Assembly: GCA_034780895.1 (NCBI GenBank)
Contig: JAUZTB010000070.1
Coordinates: 26,852,505-26,916,504, forward strand
DNA from: Rhynchobatus australiae
Lineage: Eukaryota
Length of the DNA stretch: 64,000 bases
Direction of reading: 5' to 3'
A program made the position numbers and the translations under genes. The notes below the pieces were generated by a model. It was not told the DNA's origin and ran no database searches. It worked only from the letters and a program-made list of their open reading frames with translations. Of this stretch, positions 25,110 to 38,097 are shown in pieces; position 1 is the stretch's first letter; each line of letters starts with the position of its first letter.

Positions 25110-25680
25110 GCGTACAGATATACTGTTGGAAGTATCCTGACTGGTTGCATCATGATCTGATATCTCAATTCAAATATGCAGGAGGAGAAGAAGCTGCAGA
25201 GTAGTGGACATGTGTTGCCCAACACATCACAGGCACATCCCTCTCCACCATCGGTAGTATCCACATGAGGTGCTACCTCAAGGGCAATATCTTTCATTAA
25301 AGGTCCCCACCATCGCGGCCATGCCATCATCTTGCAGCTACATCGGGCAGGAGATACAGAAGCTTGAAGTCCCACACCACCAGGTTCAAGAACCACTACT
25401 TCCCCTTAACCATTTGGTTCTTGAACCAATCTGCACTACTCTAATCACTACTCAGTATAGTAACACCATGACCATTTTGCAGTAAGATGGAGCTTTTTTT
25501 TCTTCTAATTGTGTTCTTGCTTATAAAAATTGTGCAGAATTTATGCTTAATTTATGTTTTTCTTGTGGGTGTAGCATATGGATGCTGTGTTCCTGTGATG
25601 CTGCTGCAAGTAAGTTTTTTTTATTGCAACTGTGCACACACATACTTGTGCATATGACAATAAACTTGACTTTGACTTTA
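25110..25680 (+). mobile_element. Rex1-type LINE 3' fragment
   Basis: YTVGSILTGCIMI motif remnant plus 3'UTR ending caataaacttgactttgact. Confidence 0.75.
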
Positions 25681-26670
25681 GTGCAAATGTGTTGCCTTGA
25701 CCAGCTGTTGGAAGTAGCAGGAGAGTGGTGAAGGTTCACTGATTTTCTTTCTTTGATCTAAGATCAAGAATTCATTAACTTCCTATATCTTAAGCAACAA
25801 TGTACTATTTAAGTTCAGCATTAAATCACAACCATCTTTGAAAGTGTATATTTTAAATAATTTGTGTATTCAGATATTTTGGTAAAAATACTGTGGTGTT
25901 CTTTACCTTTGCTTTTCAAATGTTGCTTTCTATTTTTAATAGAGATATTGTTTTCCAGTTAAGTGGAGCCCTTATAAAATTTGAAATGAAGGATGGTGGA
26001 GAAAGGAGTCACCAGGATTTGCGGCCTATGTTTTTTCGCTCAATTGGCAGCGCTTTCAATTACCTGCTTATTGATTAAACTCATCCTTCAGCATGCTACT
26101 GGGAGACTGAAATCTTGCAGCATTTGTGTTTGGGAGATAGTCACAGCTGTCAGCCATCCAGACTCTTCTGAAGTTTTTCAGCACATCTGTGGATGATGAC
26201 TGTGTCAATGAGACCCTGGAAGCTGAGTGCTCTCCAGCTTGGACTCGTAAAAGGGAAAAGGGAAGGATGGGGTTAGAAAGTGGGATCTTTCTGTGAGGAG
26301 GGTTATTGCTGGATATAATCCTGAACATCAGGACAAATAAACATATTTGAAATAATAAACCCTCACTTGCTATTGAGCCTCATCACTGCTAATATTTTTT
26401 TCTATTTAAAATGTTTAATTCCGCAAAAGTTAACTGTATTGCTTTCTGAGCAACTAAATCACCTTTCATCATCATCACATTAACTGAAATAATTTGCTTA
26501 AGTATATTGTATGTTGCTTTTAGGATCAACTGCAGATTACAGATTTCTTTCCAATTCCCATTGAAGGAACATGAGAATCCTGTACTTTGCAAGATTACAG
26601 TTGCAGCTTTATAGTAGTAATATTCAGGTTGTTGATTAATTTAAACGGGTATCTCATTGGCTATTGGGAT

Positions 26671-26912
26671 TACAGGTGACCCCACACTTCAGATCACAGA
26701 TATTCGCCTTACAGAATTCACAGATCACTACCAAAAAATCTGAGATATGGAATAAAAATTCACTCTTGTGGAATTTATGTGGGGAAAAAAATAACCACAA
26801 AATTCTTTTTTCAACTTGCATTTATTGATGCATGTGCAGATGATGTGGCTTTATGTTACAGGAAAATTGCGATACAAAATTCCGTTTTCTCGGAATGCAT
26901 CACCCCACTGTA
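26671..26912. mobile_element. Possible Tigger-like MITE remnant
   Basis: Begins TA-CAGGTGACCCC and ends ...CCCCACTG-TA; TIR is degenerate. Confidence 0.35.
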
Positions 26913-27689
26913 ATGCATGTATTTGGTGAGTTGGTGCTATACACTAGGATAAGTGGGAAATTGTAATTCTGAATTAACTGTTTGGATTAAAGTATTACTG
27001 CATAGAATTGGATTGCTTTTGCATAGTACATTTAAACTGCTCTTTATACTTGTCATTTTCCTGTCTTTTAGTTTGGCATTTTATAATCCTGCTTTAAAAA
27101 AAATTACATCATGCACTTAATGATATTACTATTCATCAACCGTGTGCAAAATACTGGTATTCTTTCTGAACGTCTTTGCATTCTTGAAGGCTTTTACTGA
27201 TGTTTGATAGAGTTCTTTGGCTAAATGGTCACATGTGTCAGAATGTCAAGACCCAAGAGCTTTTTGATAGTTGAAGGATGCAACAGTAAACCCTAAAGCT
27301 GGCCTAATTTACCATCAATTTGGGTGTATTTTGTGACAACAGTCAGATCAGTCAGAAATGACAGCTCTGGCTGATTTTCAGTTCAGTTTTTGAATTATAA
27401 TTTCCTTGCTAAGAGATTCTGGGTTAATAATTCTAGTAACTAGACTAGAAGGATGAAATTCAACACATTAGTTTTGATTTCCTTGTTTTTTTTATATAAT
27501 CTAAGTCCCAAAGGTCAAATTGTGATGAATTTGTGGGAAAAAAATTGTTTGCTAGTGGAATGTATTGGGATTTCCCCTTGTGTGGGCATCATGAGATCAT
27601 GAGTGACAGTTGCTCTTCCACAGTAGTTTGCTAAAAGTATATGGGAGGGGAAGATGTGTCCTTATGAAAGATACTTAAATAGCTAGTTC

Positions 27690-28498
27690 ATAATGTTCAG
27701 CAGAAATTTATCTCAACTAGAAAGGATTCCATAAGAGAGAGGAACCATCTGTGGTTAACAAAGGAGGTCAAAGATAATGTTAAATTGAAAAGTAGGGCAT
27801 ACAAAGTGGCAAGGGATAGTGGTAGAACGGAGCTCTGGGAATTTTTCAGGAACCAGCAGCAAAAGTCTAAAAAGCAGTTAAGAAAAGAGAAAATTGATTT
27901 TGAGAGAAAACTTGCATGTAATATCAAAGTGAACAATAAGCCTCTCAATGGATATATAAAAAGGAAGAGGGAGGTTAAGGTAAGTGTGGGACTTCTTGAG
28001 AATGAGGCTGGGAAATTAATAACAGGAAACAAAGAAATGGAGATGTTAAACAATTTTTTGTATCAGTTTTCACCAAATATCCTGAAGATAACAGGCTAGT
28101 TTTAAATAGCATGGAAGAACTTGTAAAAATCCGAATCATGAGAAAAATGTATTAGAAAAACTCGTGGGCATAAAGGCAAGCAGATCTCCAGGACCCGATG
28201 GCCTGAACCAAAGGATTTTAAAGGAAGTTGTTACAGAGATAATGGGGCCCATTGGTCCAAGTTTTTCAAAAGTTACTGATTTCCAGGAAGGTACCAGAGG
28301 ATTAGTAAAACAGCATATGTGATTATTGTGTTCAAGAAGGGAAGAAGACAAAAGGCAAGAAACTATAGGCCAGTTACTTTAACATCTATTATTGGCAGGA
28401 TGATAGAATCAATAATCGAAGAAGATATAGCTAATCATTTGGTAAAGATGAATATAATTAAAATAGGTCAACATGGTTTTATAAGAAAATCATATTTG
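27690..28498 (+). mobile_element. CR1-clade LINE ORF2 fragment (linker to RT start)
   Basis: KIDFERKLACNIK..K.L.GYIKRKR; SPGPDG; FKKGRRQKARNYRPVTLTSIIGRMIESII; QHGF. Confidence 0.85.
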
Positions 28499-28617
28499 NN
28501 NNNNNNNNNNNNNNNNNNNNNNNNNNNNNNNNNNNNNNNNNNNNNNNNNNNNNNNNNNNNNNNNNNNNNNNNNNNNNNNNNNNNNNNNNNNNNNNNNNAC
28601 TACATACGTCTGAAGAG

Positions 28618-28624
28618 ATGACTG
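28618..28624 (+). CDS. SCAMP4: SCAMP4 coding exon (exon 2, ATG ACT G); exon acceptor hidden in the gap 28499-28598
   Basis: gaagagATGACTG|gtgggt donor; the 7-nt phase-1 coding part joins the next exon in frame to give [13 protein letters not shown]. Confidence 0.7.
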
Positions 28625-29737
28625 GTGGGTTGTAGTCTTTCCAAAATATTCTCTCTCTGATTATGTAAATTAGTCAACTGTACTAATGCCTAGTCATTTA
28701 CAGAGCATGGGCTAAAACAAAATAATTACTTTTCCGACTGGAACATTTCTGTTTTAAGTTAGAGAGGCTTAACTTGATAGTAGTTATAATGGTCTTTCTG
28801 TTAGATGGAAGGAATTGTTGGGTTGCTCTATCATTCTTCGTGCACCTTGCACTTTTGCCAAGAGCAGATTTACCTGACCTTTAACTCAATGATTTAGAAA
28901 AGCAAAAGTATGGAAGGATTTTTTTTAAATAAGTAATTTGGAGATGGAAGTAAATTTTAATTTAAAAGAATCTTGTTCAAAAAACATTGATCAATCTTTA
29001 ACTCTCTTTTGTTCTCACCCTTATCTTTACCCTTTTTCTGTTTTTCTTTCTCCTCTGCATTCACTGTTCATCACTAGACCTCTGGATATAACTGACTGCT
29101 TTGGTAGGGCAAATCAGAGGTCATTTTAGGGGGAACTGTGTTGATATGGAACTGGATAAACCAGGTCCAACCAGCCAAAGACATTGGATTTCCTAAGGCC
29201 CACCAGAGAGTTAGTTGAGATTTTATGACCCTTTGGTTACTTATTCAATCATCTTTTGAATGGCTAGGCAGGCAAGGGGAGAAAAAGATGCGATTTGATA
29301 GACAATTGATCTGTGGATTGATTGAGCCGTTTGCTTCAGCCACTTCATGACATTTGGAGTCAAGCCCGGAGTCAATTTGACTCATTGATGGCACTTTCCA
29401 GCATACATGTTTTATGTCCATATTACAAGACCCTGATGTTTAATGTTTTAAATAATGTACATGCTGTGCATATTACTTAAAAATGTGATGTAATATTTGC
29501 ATTGTAAGCACAAACCTGGAAGTTCTTCAGCCAATGCATCTGCAAAGTCTCAAGCAGCTGAATGGTGTAGATAAAGGAGGCATGCATACAAGATTAAGGG
29601 AAATTGAGATTTATGACTACTGCCTTGTGGTAGATGAACACCAGCATTGTCTATTTTCATTTTTTAATTTCTATGTGAATGAACAATAATTGCACAGGTT
29701 TCAAATGCTAGTCCATTAAACTTGATTAAAATCAACT

Positions 29738-31085
29738 AACACACACAAAATGCTGGAGGAACTCAGTAGGTCAGACAGCATCTATGGAGGGAAAACAGTC
29801 GATGTTTCGGGTCGAGATCCTTCATCAGGACTGGTAAGGTAGAGGGCAGAAGCTAGAATAAAAAGGTAGGGAGAGGGGAGGAGCACATGCTGGCAGATGA
29901 TAAGTGAGTCTAAGTGAGAGGAGGAAGATGTAGGGGAGGGGGGAATGAAAGGGAATGATGTAAGAAGCTGAGAGGTGATANNNNNNNNNNNNNNNNNNNN
30001 NNNNNNNNNNNNNNNNNNNNNNNNNNNNNNNNNNNNNNNNNNNNNNNNNNNNNNNNNNNNNNNNNNNNNNNNNNNNNNNNNNNNNNNNNNNNNNNNNNNN
30101 NNNNNNNNNNNNNNNNNNNNNNNNNNNNNNNNNNNNNNNNNNNNNNNNNNNNNNNNNNNNNNNNNNNNNNNNNNNNNNNNNNNNNNNNNNNNNNNNNGAA
30201 ATCAATGTTGATGCCATCAGGTTGGAGACTACCAAGGCAGAATAAGAGGTTGCTCATCTCACCTGCATTTGGCCTCAACATGGCAGTAGAGGAAGCCATG
30301 AATAGATGTGTCAGTGTGGGAGTGGGAAGTGGAATTGAAATGGCTGGCTACTGGGTGATCCTGGCTGTTGTGGTAGATGGAGTGAAGATACTCGATGAAG
30401 TAGTCACCCAGTCTGTGTCAGGTCTCACCGATGTAGAGGAGGCTGTATCGGATGCAATAAATGAAACCCTTGGATTCACGAGTGAAGCATGCCTCACCTG
30501 GAAGGACTGCCTAGGGCCCTGAATGGTGGTGAGGGGAAGATGTGCCCGGTGGTGGGATCTCATTGGAAGTCACGGAAGTTACAGAGAATGATGTGTTGGA
30601 TGGGGAGGCTCAAGGGGTGGTGGGTGAGGACAAAGGGAACCCTGTCCCTGTTATGTCAGGGTGGGGGGATGGGGAGAGGGCAGATGTATGGGAAATGGAG
30701 GAGAGGTGGGTGAGGGCTGCATAGATTTCAGTGGAAGGGAAACCCCATTTACTGAAAACAGAGAACAAATCTGATGTCCTGGAACGGAAAGCTTCATCAT
30801 GGGAACAGATGAGGCAGAGGAACTGAGAAGGGGACAGCATGCTACAAGTGACAGGGTGGGAAGAGGTGTAGTCAAGGTAACTGTGGGAGTGGGTGAGTTT
30901 CTGGAAGATGTTGGCAGATGGAGACAGAGATCAAGAAAGGGGAGAGGGGTATCAGAGATGGACCAAGTAAATTTGAGGGCAGGGTGGAAGTTGGAGACAA
31001 AATTGATGAAATGAAGGAGCTCAGCATGAGTGCAGGAAGCAGCACCAATGCAGTCATCAATGTAGCAGAGAAAGAGAGAAGACCG
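29738..31085 (-). mobile_element. Penelope-like retroelement (RT core, GIY-YIG endonuclease, terminal repeat with hammerhead)
   Basis: LFLCYIDDCIGAAS..FINFVSNFHPALKFTWSISDTPLPFLDL (RT); LLYIGET*HRLGDYFIEYLH (GIY-YIG); frameshifts and stops present. Confidence 0.88.
29796..29833 (-). ncRNA. Minimal type I hammerhead ribozyme motif (Penelope terminal repeat), partly decayed
   Basis: Minus strand reads cagtc-CUGAUGA-aggaucucgaccc-GAAAC-AUC-gacug; stem I intact, one stem II mismatch, ACGU palindrome lost. Confidence 0.65.
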
Positions 31086-31124
31086 TGTTCCCATCATCTC
31101 CACCAGATTCTACTGGTCACTTAC

Positions 31125-31300
31125 ACATGCCAATCCACACTTCTTTTGAATGTGGGAGAAAACTGGAGCATCCTGGGAAAACCCATACGGTCACAGGGAG
31201 AACATACGAACTCCTCATAGTCAGCACTGAAAGTTAGGATCAAATCCAGGGCACTGGAGCTGTGAGGTAGCAGCTCTACTGGCTGTGCCACTAGGCCACC
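31125..31300 (-). mobile_element. V-SINE (HE1-like), decayed
   Basis: Antisense V-domain tgtgggagaaaactggagcatcctgggaaaacccata..cagggagaacatacgaactcc plus tRNA-like head. Confidence 0.75.
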
Positions 31301-31592
31301 CAGATCTCATTGGGAGATCAGGAGGTTGAATGTATTCCTGTGTTCAAACAGTAGGGAACCTGTCATAAACATGTTTTTGTTGGTTCTTTTTCTCTCTCGA
31401 CATCACTACTGATCCTGCTGATTATTTGCATTATTTTGTTTCTCATTTCAAACTTCCACTGTGCACAATATTTTTCTTCTGTCTTGCTGTTTTCCATAAC
31501 ACCACAAGATTTAATGCTAGACAGAAACTAAATTTGAAGAATGGTAGATACCCTTAGTACTATCAAATTACCAAGTATTTTTTGTTTTTCAG

Positions 31593-31721
31593 AAAGAGCG
31601 AATAATTTTCCACCACTACCAAAGTTTATTCGATTGAAGCCTTGCTTCTATCAAAACTTTGAAGAGGAAATCCCACCGGAGCACTGCCATCTTGTCAAGA
31701 GAATTTATCATTTATGGATCT
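31593..31721 (+). CDS. SCAMP4: SCAMP4 coding exon 3 (secretory carrier-associated membrane protein 4)
   Basis: ttttcag|...|gtgagt; 129 nt; [43 protein letters not shown]; short N-terminus without NPF repeats, as in SCAMP4/5. Confidence 0.96.
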
Positions 31722-32044
31722 GTGAGTTGAGCCATTTTGTTTCTAAATTGTATATTCGTGCTTCTGGGGTAATCTGTAACCAATGCAATGAACACAAAAT
31801 CTTACTAGCAGGGTTCTTTCAACTCTATTTTTTTGTATCTGGAATCAGCTTTAATAGAATTCATTAATTATTCTTGCCTGTTGAGCTTGATTATTGTTTC
31901 CCAGTGAAAAAGAAGGAAGGAATATAGGAATCAATTTCTAGGTACTTGTATGTATGTGAATAAATCCATTTACTGCTTTAGGTAGAATAAGCATGTATTT
32001 GTTAATGTATCTCTTGACTGATATACATGCCTATTGATATAGAT

Positions 32045-32155
32045 ATTTTATTTATTAGTCACATCTACATCGAAACACACAGTAAATTGCATCTTTTTGC
32101 ATTACTAAGAATGTGCTGGGGCAGCTCACAAGTGTCGCCACTCTTCCAGCACCAT
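32045..32155 (-). mobile_element. Solo retroposon 3' tail matching the tail of the V-SINE at 2637-3039
   Basis: tttattagtcacatctacatcgaaacacacag...caagtgtcgccac is the reverse complement of 2945-3030. Confidence 0.65.
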
Positions 32156-34397
32156 TGTGTATGACAATGAGATTCTTAATCAGCTTTACTGGTTTCTAAT
32201 ATGGGAGGGTAACTTTATGCAGAGGAGTTAGAGTTGAGCATTCGCACATACTAATGAAAAAACAAACATGCAATTCTAAAGTTACTGTATAAATGTAAAG
32301 TTATTTGATAGAAATGTTATGGAAACAAAATTGGACACCAAGTTATACAGGACAGATGACCAAAAACTTGAACAAACTATTGCATTTTAAGAAGTTTTGT
32401 TTAGGAGAAGAAAGAGGTGGAGGAGTCTAGAGATTGATTACCAGAGTTTAGGAACGGGGTAGCTGGAAAAAAAAAGATGCTATTAGTGGAGCTATTAAAA
32501 TAGAAAATATTTAGCAAGTCAGTATTGCAGAAGTGTAATCTCAGAGACTTGTTTGAATAGAGGAGTTTACAAAGAGAGGCTACAGAGGGATTTGGAAAAA
32601 AAATAAGAATTTTTAATAATGAAACAAACTTATTTCAAAATTTCAGCTAACCTCACTCATCAAGAAACTGCTTTTACGAATGTTAGTTTTGGAGTACTTG
32701 GGAAATCGTATCTAGATACTGATGAAGAGAGAGCAATGCTAAAGTCAGTGAAGCCTGCAAAGTAAACACTGTGGCAACCTGCACTTTTATTAATGCCTCA
32801 GTTTTTACCTGTGAGATNNNNNNNNNNNNNNNNNNNNNNNNNNNNNNNNNNNNNNNNNNNNNNNNNNNNNNNNNNNNNNNNNNNNNNNNNNNNNNNNNNN
32901 NNNNNNNNNNNNNNNNNNNNNNNNNNNNNNNNNNNNNNNNNNNNNNNNNNNNNNNNNNNNNNNNNNNNNNTTAAGGTTATGAAAGGCTTTGGAGAGTGTG
33001 TTTTTGGTTATAAGGAATAGCAAAACTAATGCCATCAAAATAAGAAAGCTAACGAAAAAAAATTAAGTAGGGATTGATGAGAAACCTTTTACAATGAGAG
33101 AGCTGGAAGTGTGGAACTGGCAGTCACAGAGTGGGTTGAGGCAAATGATATCAGGGCACCTTAGGGGTAGCTAGATTAGAATATAAGAGTGTTGATGTCT
33201 AAACTGATAGTGTTGGATAAGGAAAGTTGGGAGGAAGCCCAAATGGTCCAATATCAGGAGAATGGATGTCTGGTGAGGTTGAACGGCCTGCTTGTTCTCT
33301 GTATATTTTAGTCACATTTGAATTTCTTGCTTGATTAAATACATTTATTTAAGCTCCTATGTAGAGATGCTGGAGAAGAGGTTCCACCCCTGCCTTAATG
33401 TTATTGATAGATCAACCCCACCACACCTTGCCAGAAGCACTGTTGGGGAAATAGAACTCCATTTGTCACTCAACTTCACGTACTTCAAATACCTCGATTT
33501 TGCTGTTGGGAAGGATTTGGGGGTTTAACAGTTTTAGAGTGCGCTTAGCATTTTGATTTGCACTCCTGCTCCCCCTTCCATGTAGCATGGATGTGTATGT
33601 ATCTCCTTTGCTCATTGCCCTGCCCTGCCCTGCCCTGAGGAACACTAGAGTGGCTTGCTGGTAGAGTCCACCAAAATAAAAATTATTTTTGCTAACTTGT
33701 TCTTTCAAATAAAAATGTATTAGTTTTGTTAGTTACTTGAACTCAAAAAATGTGTACATTATACAAATTATTAACAGTCTGTAATTGCCTTTAGGCATTA
33801 AGTTTGCTCTTTGTAATACTAAATGAATTAGAACCAATTGTTGATAAATGCTATTATGATTATTATTTAATGTGTAGACTGATCATATACTTCCAGACAT
33901 TTTAGAACATTTATTATAACTAGCTCACAAACTGGTTAGATGAGCAGGTAGTTGGTGAGCACAACTCAAAAAAAAACCTGGATTGTATTTGACTGCAAGG
34001 ATATTTGTTGTGTAACCAAGTCGTCACTGCTGAAGATCAGGGATGAACTGTCCCTGCCCAATTTGAACATGAAATGTGGTGGATTTATGATGTATAATTG
34101 AACACAGTGTGGCTGACACAAAATATACAATTACACACAGTTAAGAATCAACTAAGTTAGTGTGCGGTAAACAAGCATAAGTGGGAACACAGTATTTTGC
34201 AATCAAGTAACAAAGCACAAGAGAAAATGCATGTAATATAGTGCTGTTTTCTCCCTAGGCAGTAGCTACATGTTTAGCAAATAAGTCATTTGGATATTGA
34301 CATCCATTGTTTCCATTAAATGAATTTTGCTCTACAGAAAATCCATTGTACTTATTGATCACAGTACAGTCCTAACAAAACTCTTCTTTGTTTTTAG

Positions 34398-34554
34398 TTT
34401 ACAGCATGACCCTGGCCGTGAATTTGGTAGGTTGCTTAGCTTGGCTGATAGCTGGAGGTGGTGCCATCAACTTTGGCCTGGCCATCCTCTGGCTTGTTCT
34501 TTTCAGTCCCAGTTCGTATGTCTGCTGGCTTCGTCCAGTTTATAAAGCATTTAG
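34398..34554 (+). CDS. SCAMP4: SCAMP4 coding exon 4 (TM1, TM2, E peptide)
   Basis: tttttag|...|gtaaat; 157 nt; [53 protein letters not shown]. Confidence 0.96.
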
Positions 34555-34650
34555 GTAAATACTTGAGTAAAGATAAAAAATAATTTTAGTGGATTAATGT
34601 GGTTTCTCCTAATTTATATTTCAAGCTTGTAATTATCTTTCCCCCAACAG

Positions 34651-34752
34651 ATCTGATAGCTCCTTTAACTTCATGGCGTTTTTCTTCATTTTTGCTGCTC
34701 ATATTATATTGGTAACTTTACAAGCGATTGGTTTCAAAGGATGGGGGGCCTG
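34651..34752 (+). CDS. SCAMP4: SCAMP4 coding exon 5
   Basis: cccaacag|...|gtgagt; 102 nt; SDSSFNFMAFFFIFAAHIILVTLQAIGFKGWGAC. Confidence 0.96.
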
Positions 34753-35339
34753 GTGAGTATAACAACAATGGAGGAGACAGCATTAGAAACCATTTTCCAC
34801 TTGTATAACATTTTAGTTTATCCTTCTTTATCTTAATATGTTGGATATATAGATCTTCACTTTGTACATGTAATACTTCCTACCTGTCACATGATGGCAA
34901 AATCACATAACACAATGCTCTGATAGGGAAAACAAATCTTTGTTTATTCTGAACAGAAAGTAACTTTCATTTAAAACTTTCAGTCTGTTGTGAAGGATAT
35001 TATTTGACTTGGTAACATTGTGGTTAAATGAGATGTTTTATGCTCACTTCTCTGAAGAAATAGGCTATGGTACCAACAAGTGCAAACTGATTAGTGAAAT
35101 ATCCACCAGCAATCATCAAAGTTATTATGTTAAATTGACTAAATGAGATGCTGCAGCATATAATCTAAGCCACTAAAACAGAACTGTAATATAGTGTGTT
35201 AAAGTTCTGAATAAAGATAGTGAATGAGAAAGTGATACTAATGGTTAGTCAAGAAAAGTAAAAGATAATTAAATTGCACAGTACTTAAACCAGTATCTGG
35301 CCAAATTCAGTTGTAACATTGAGTCAAAAGGTCATGGTT

Positions 35340-35680
35340 TTAAGACACCTCCAGTAATATGACCTCATAATTTAAGATGATAACTAATGCTGCTGATGCC
35401 CTCTTCTGCATGAGAAAAGCGGCCATCCTCTTTGGGATTAATAAGGTCTCAAGGCATGCATTAAAGCAAAGCAGGTGGATTATACTTTTTGTCATACTCA
35501 ATACTTGTTCTTTAGCCAGAATCATCAAGATTGTTGATCTGACCATTATCTTGATGGAGATTAGCAAGTTTTCATTAGCTGCTGCCTTTGCCTACTTTCT
35601 AACAGTGTTAATGCTTCAAACATGCTTAACTGTGAGGTAATTTGGGAATTCCAGGGGACATGAAAGATGTATACAAGGTT
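35340..35680 (+). mobile_element. Highly decayed Deu-SINE (SacSINE1-like)
   Basis: Patchy similarity to the reverse complement of 15715-16185 (gatctgaccattatc, gctgcctttgcctac..acagtg..cttcaaa). Confidence 0.45.
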
Positions 35681-35868
35681 GTTCATTCATTAAATTATTA
35701 AAAAGCAAGATCAGTTTAGACAAATTTTAGGTTCCTCTCCACTTGATTTTTCTGTTTCTGGGTGACAGTAATAGAAAAGGCCAAAAAAATCACATGTTTT
35801 TATGTCAGCATTAAGGGCCACTGATAAAGGCCATCAGTTATAATGAAACTATTGCCTTCTTATTTCAG

Positions 35869-35986
35869 TGGATGGATAGCTGCCATTGGGTTCTTCTCTG
35901 TTAATGTTGGTGCTGGAGTGGTCATGCTGTTTCCTGCAATTATGTTCACAGCAGTGGCAATTCTGAGTGTCCTTGTACTTCTCCGT
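35869..35986 (+). CDS. SCAMP4: SCAMP4 coding exon 6
   Basis: tatttcag|...|gtaagt; 118 nt; GWIAAIGFFSVNVGAGVVMLFPAIMFTAVAILSVLVLLR. Confidence 0.96.
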
Positions 35987-38097
35987 GTAAGTATTTTCCC
36001 TCTCAACTTAACAGAAAATTTTCTTTACATGTTCTTCAGGAAAAAAATTGCAACCTTCAAATAAGAGCTTGACACCAGAATATTGCTTGAATTATGAACA
36101 AATTATTCTGCACTACTCAGTGTACAGATGAAACTGCACAGCATACTGCTTGTTGATGCTGAAAGCATTCTGCAGAATACTCCCAGTTATGATGGATCTT
36201 AATTGGATTGTCAAGTTAACTACTCTAAAGAAGTGGTTGATTTTGTTGCTGATTAGGAATTTGAATGCCATTGAAAGTAGACTAGAATTCATCCTAAGTG
36301 ATAACTGAATTCCATTGTTCAGGCTCTTTTCCTTTCAGGAAAATTACTTGCAGAATTAAGGAATTTGCAGAAACCAATTTCAGTAATATGGTACTCTGAT
36401 TTATTCTGTACATGCTTGTTATTCCTTTTATGCTATATGTATATAAAAAAAACTTTCCCTTATCTAGGAGGCATTAAAAGTATTTGCAGGATCAAGGTTA
36501 ATAGTGGTGCAGTTTATGACTAAGTTATGATGTGTATTTTTTGTACACTTTGAAACATTTTGTTCCATTTGTTGAAGGCCAGTTAAAATTTTTGTTCTAC
36601 TCATTTTATACTTGTGAAGGTGTCAGTTTCAATCTGGGATCTTGTAAATGTCGTGTGTTGACAAATTGGTACAGTGTGGCTTAATACAAAGTAAGGCCCT
36701 TTTTACTTTGCTCAGGAGGCCTGATTTCAGAGGAATGTGATTTTCTTTTATTTTTCACATAGCCTCTGGAATTTATTGCCAGTTTCCATTGTTATGGAAA
36801 GTTTTGTGTTTAGGGCTTGGGCCAAGTAGGAAGCTGTTGGCGATTGCTCAGTGTAGTGGTAAAATTGACCTCTGCTCCAGAATAACATGAAGATGTTTCA
36901 ATCTATGGTGTGCATATTTGAGTTTTTAGTCATCGTGAACAAAGTTAAATTAATGACCAGTTATCTTCTGAGCAGGGAGTCACTTGACTTGTTCTGGTTC
37001 AGCTTTAGAAAGCTTGTTTTCTGATTTCAACTTAACCTCTCGATTAGGAATATAAGATGTACCAAGAAAAATTGGAGTGATGAAAGTTGCAATATAAATC
37101 TTTTTTTCAAAAAAAACTCTTTATAAACTGATTTGATTGGAACTCTTGAAACTAACCAGTAAGGAACTTTCGTATCACGAGTCTAGGAGCTTTTAATCCT
37201 GATGTTTATATTGTTCAGTTCACAGCTGTATTCAACTCCTTCCTTTCTTGCTCCTTGCTTTTCCATTCTGCTGTCTTCTACCTTCCTCCCACCTCATTCT
37301 GCCTTCCTTTTGTTCTTCCCACTTCTTTCCTCTTCACTATTCTTGTAATTGACTATCTGCCCTATGTGGTAAAACACTCTAATAGTTTTATTGCCTCCTG
37401 AGGTGAATATATCAGTGCCCACCCAGCAGACCATCTTCAAAGATTTGAAATCTACTCTAAACTCTGTCCTTGCTTGCATCTTTCTGTTGTAATTATCTGC
37501 TATGTGCACTCTGACCTATATAGGCTCCAATTCTCTCTGCATAAAACCTACCTCTTTGACAAGGCATTAATACTGCCTTTACTGCAGTATCAACTTTTGT
37601 CTGATTGTACTCCATTGATGTGTATTGAGATATTTTATAATGTTTATGTAAATACAAATAGCTGTCATTGCTTTTCATGCTCTATTAAGTTTTTAAAAAA
37701 TTCTTGTGTTTGTCCAGACTGATGGTGTTTTTGTTTGTAAATTAAATATTGTGCAGATTTTTGGTAAATACTAAGTGAAAGTACTGAATTGGACGGTTGA
37801 CCAATATAAAACACTGGACTGTAATACTGTGGATTGATTGGAAGTAGATTTCAGGCCTTAATCTGCTATGTAATTACTGAAGGGAATGATTGAGAAATTT
37901 GAATTTTGTCAACTAGACAGGCAATATGTACAGAGGGTGTTAATTCAGTGAATATTTGACCTTGTTTTGAAGGTGATAGTTGTTGCAGGAATACTTGGAG
38001 AAATTCCAAAGTTTTTCATACATTGCAAAATAGGAAGAGGAGAGAAGGAATAGATTGAAAATGTTTTCATATTTATCACTATAATTTACTCTATTAG

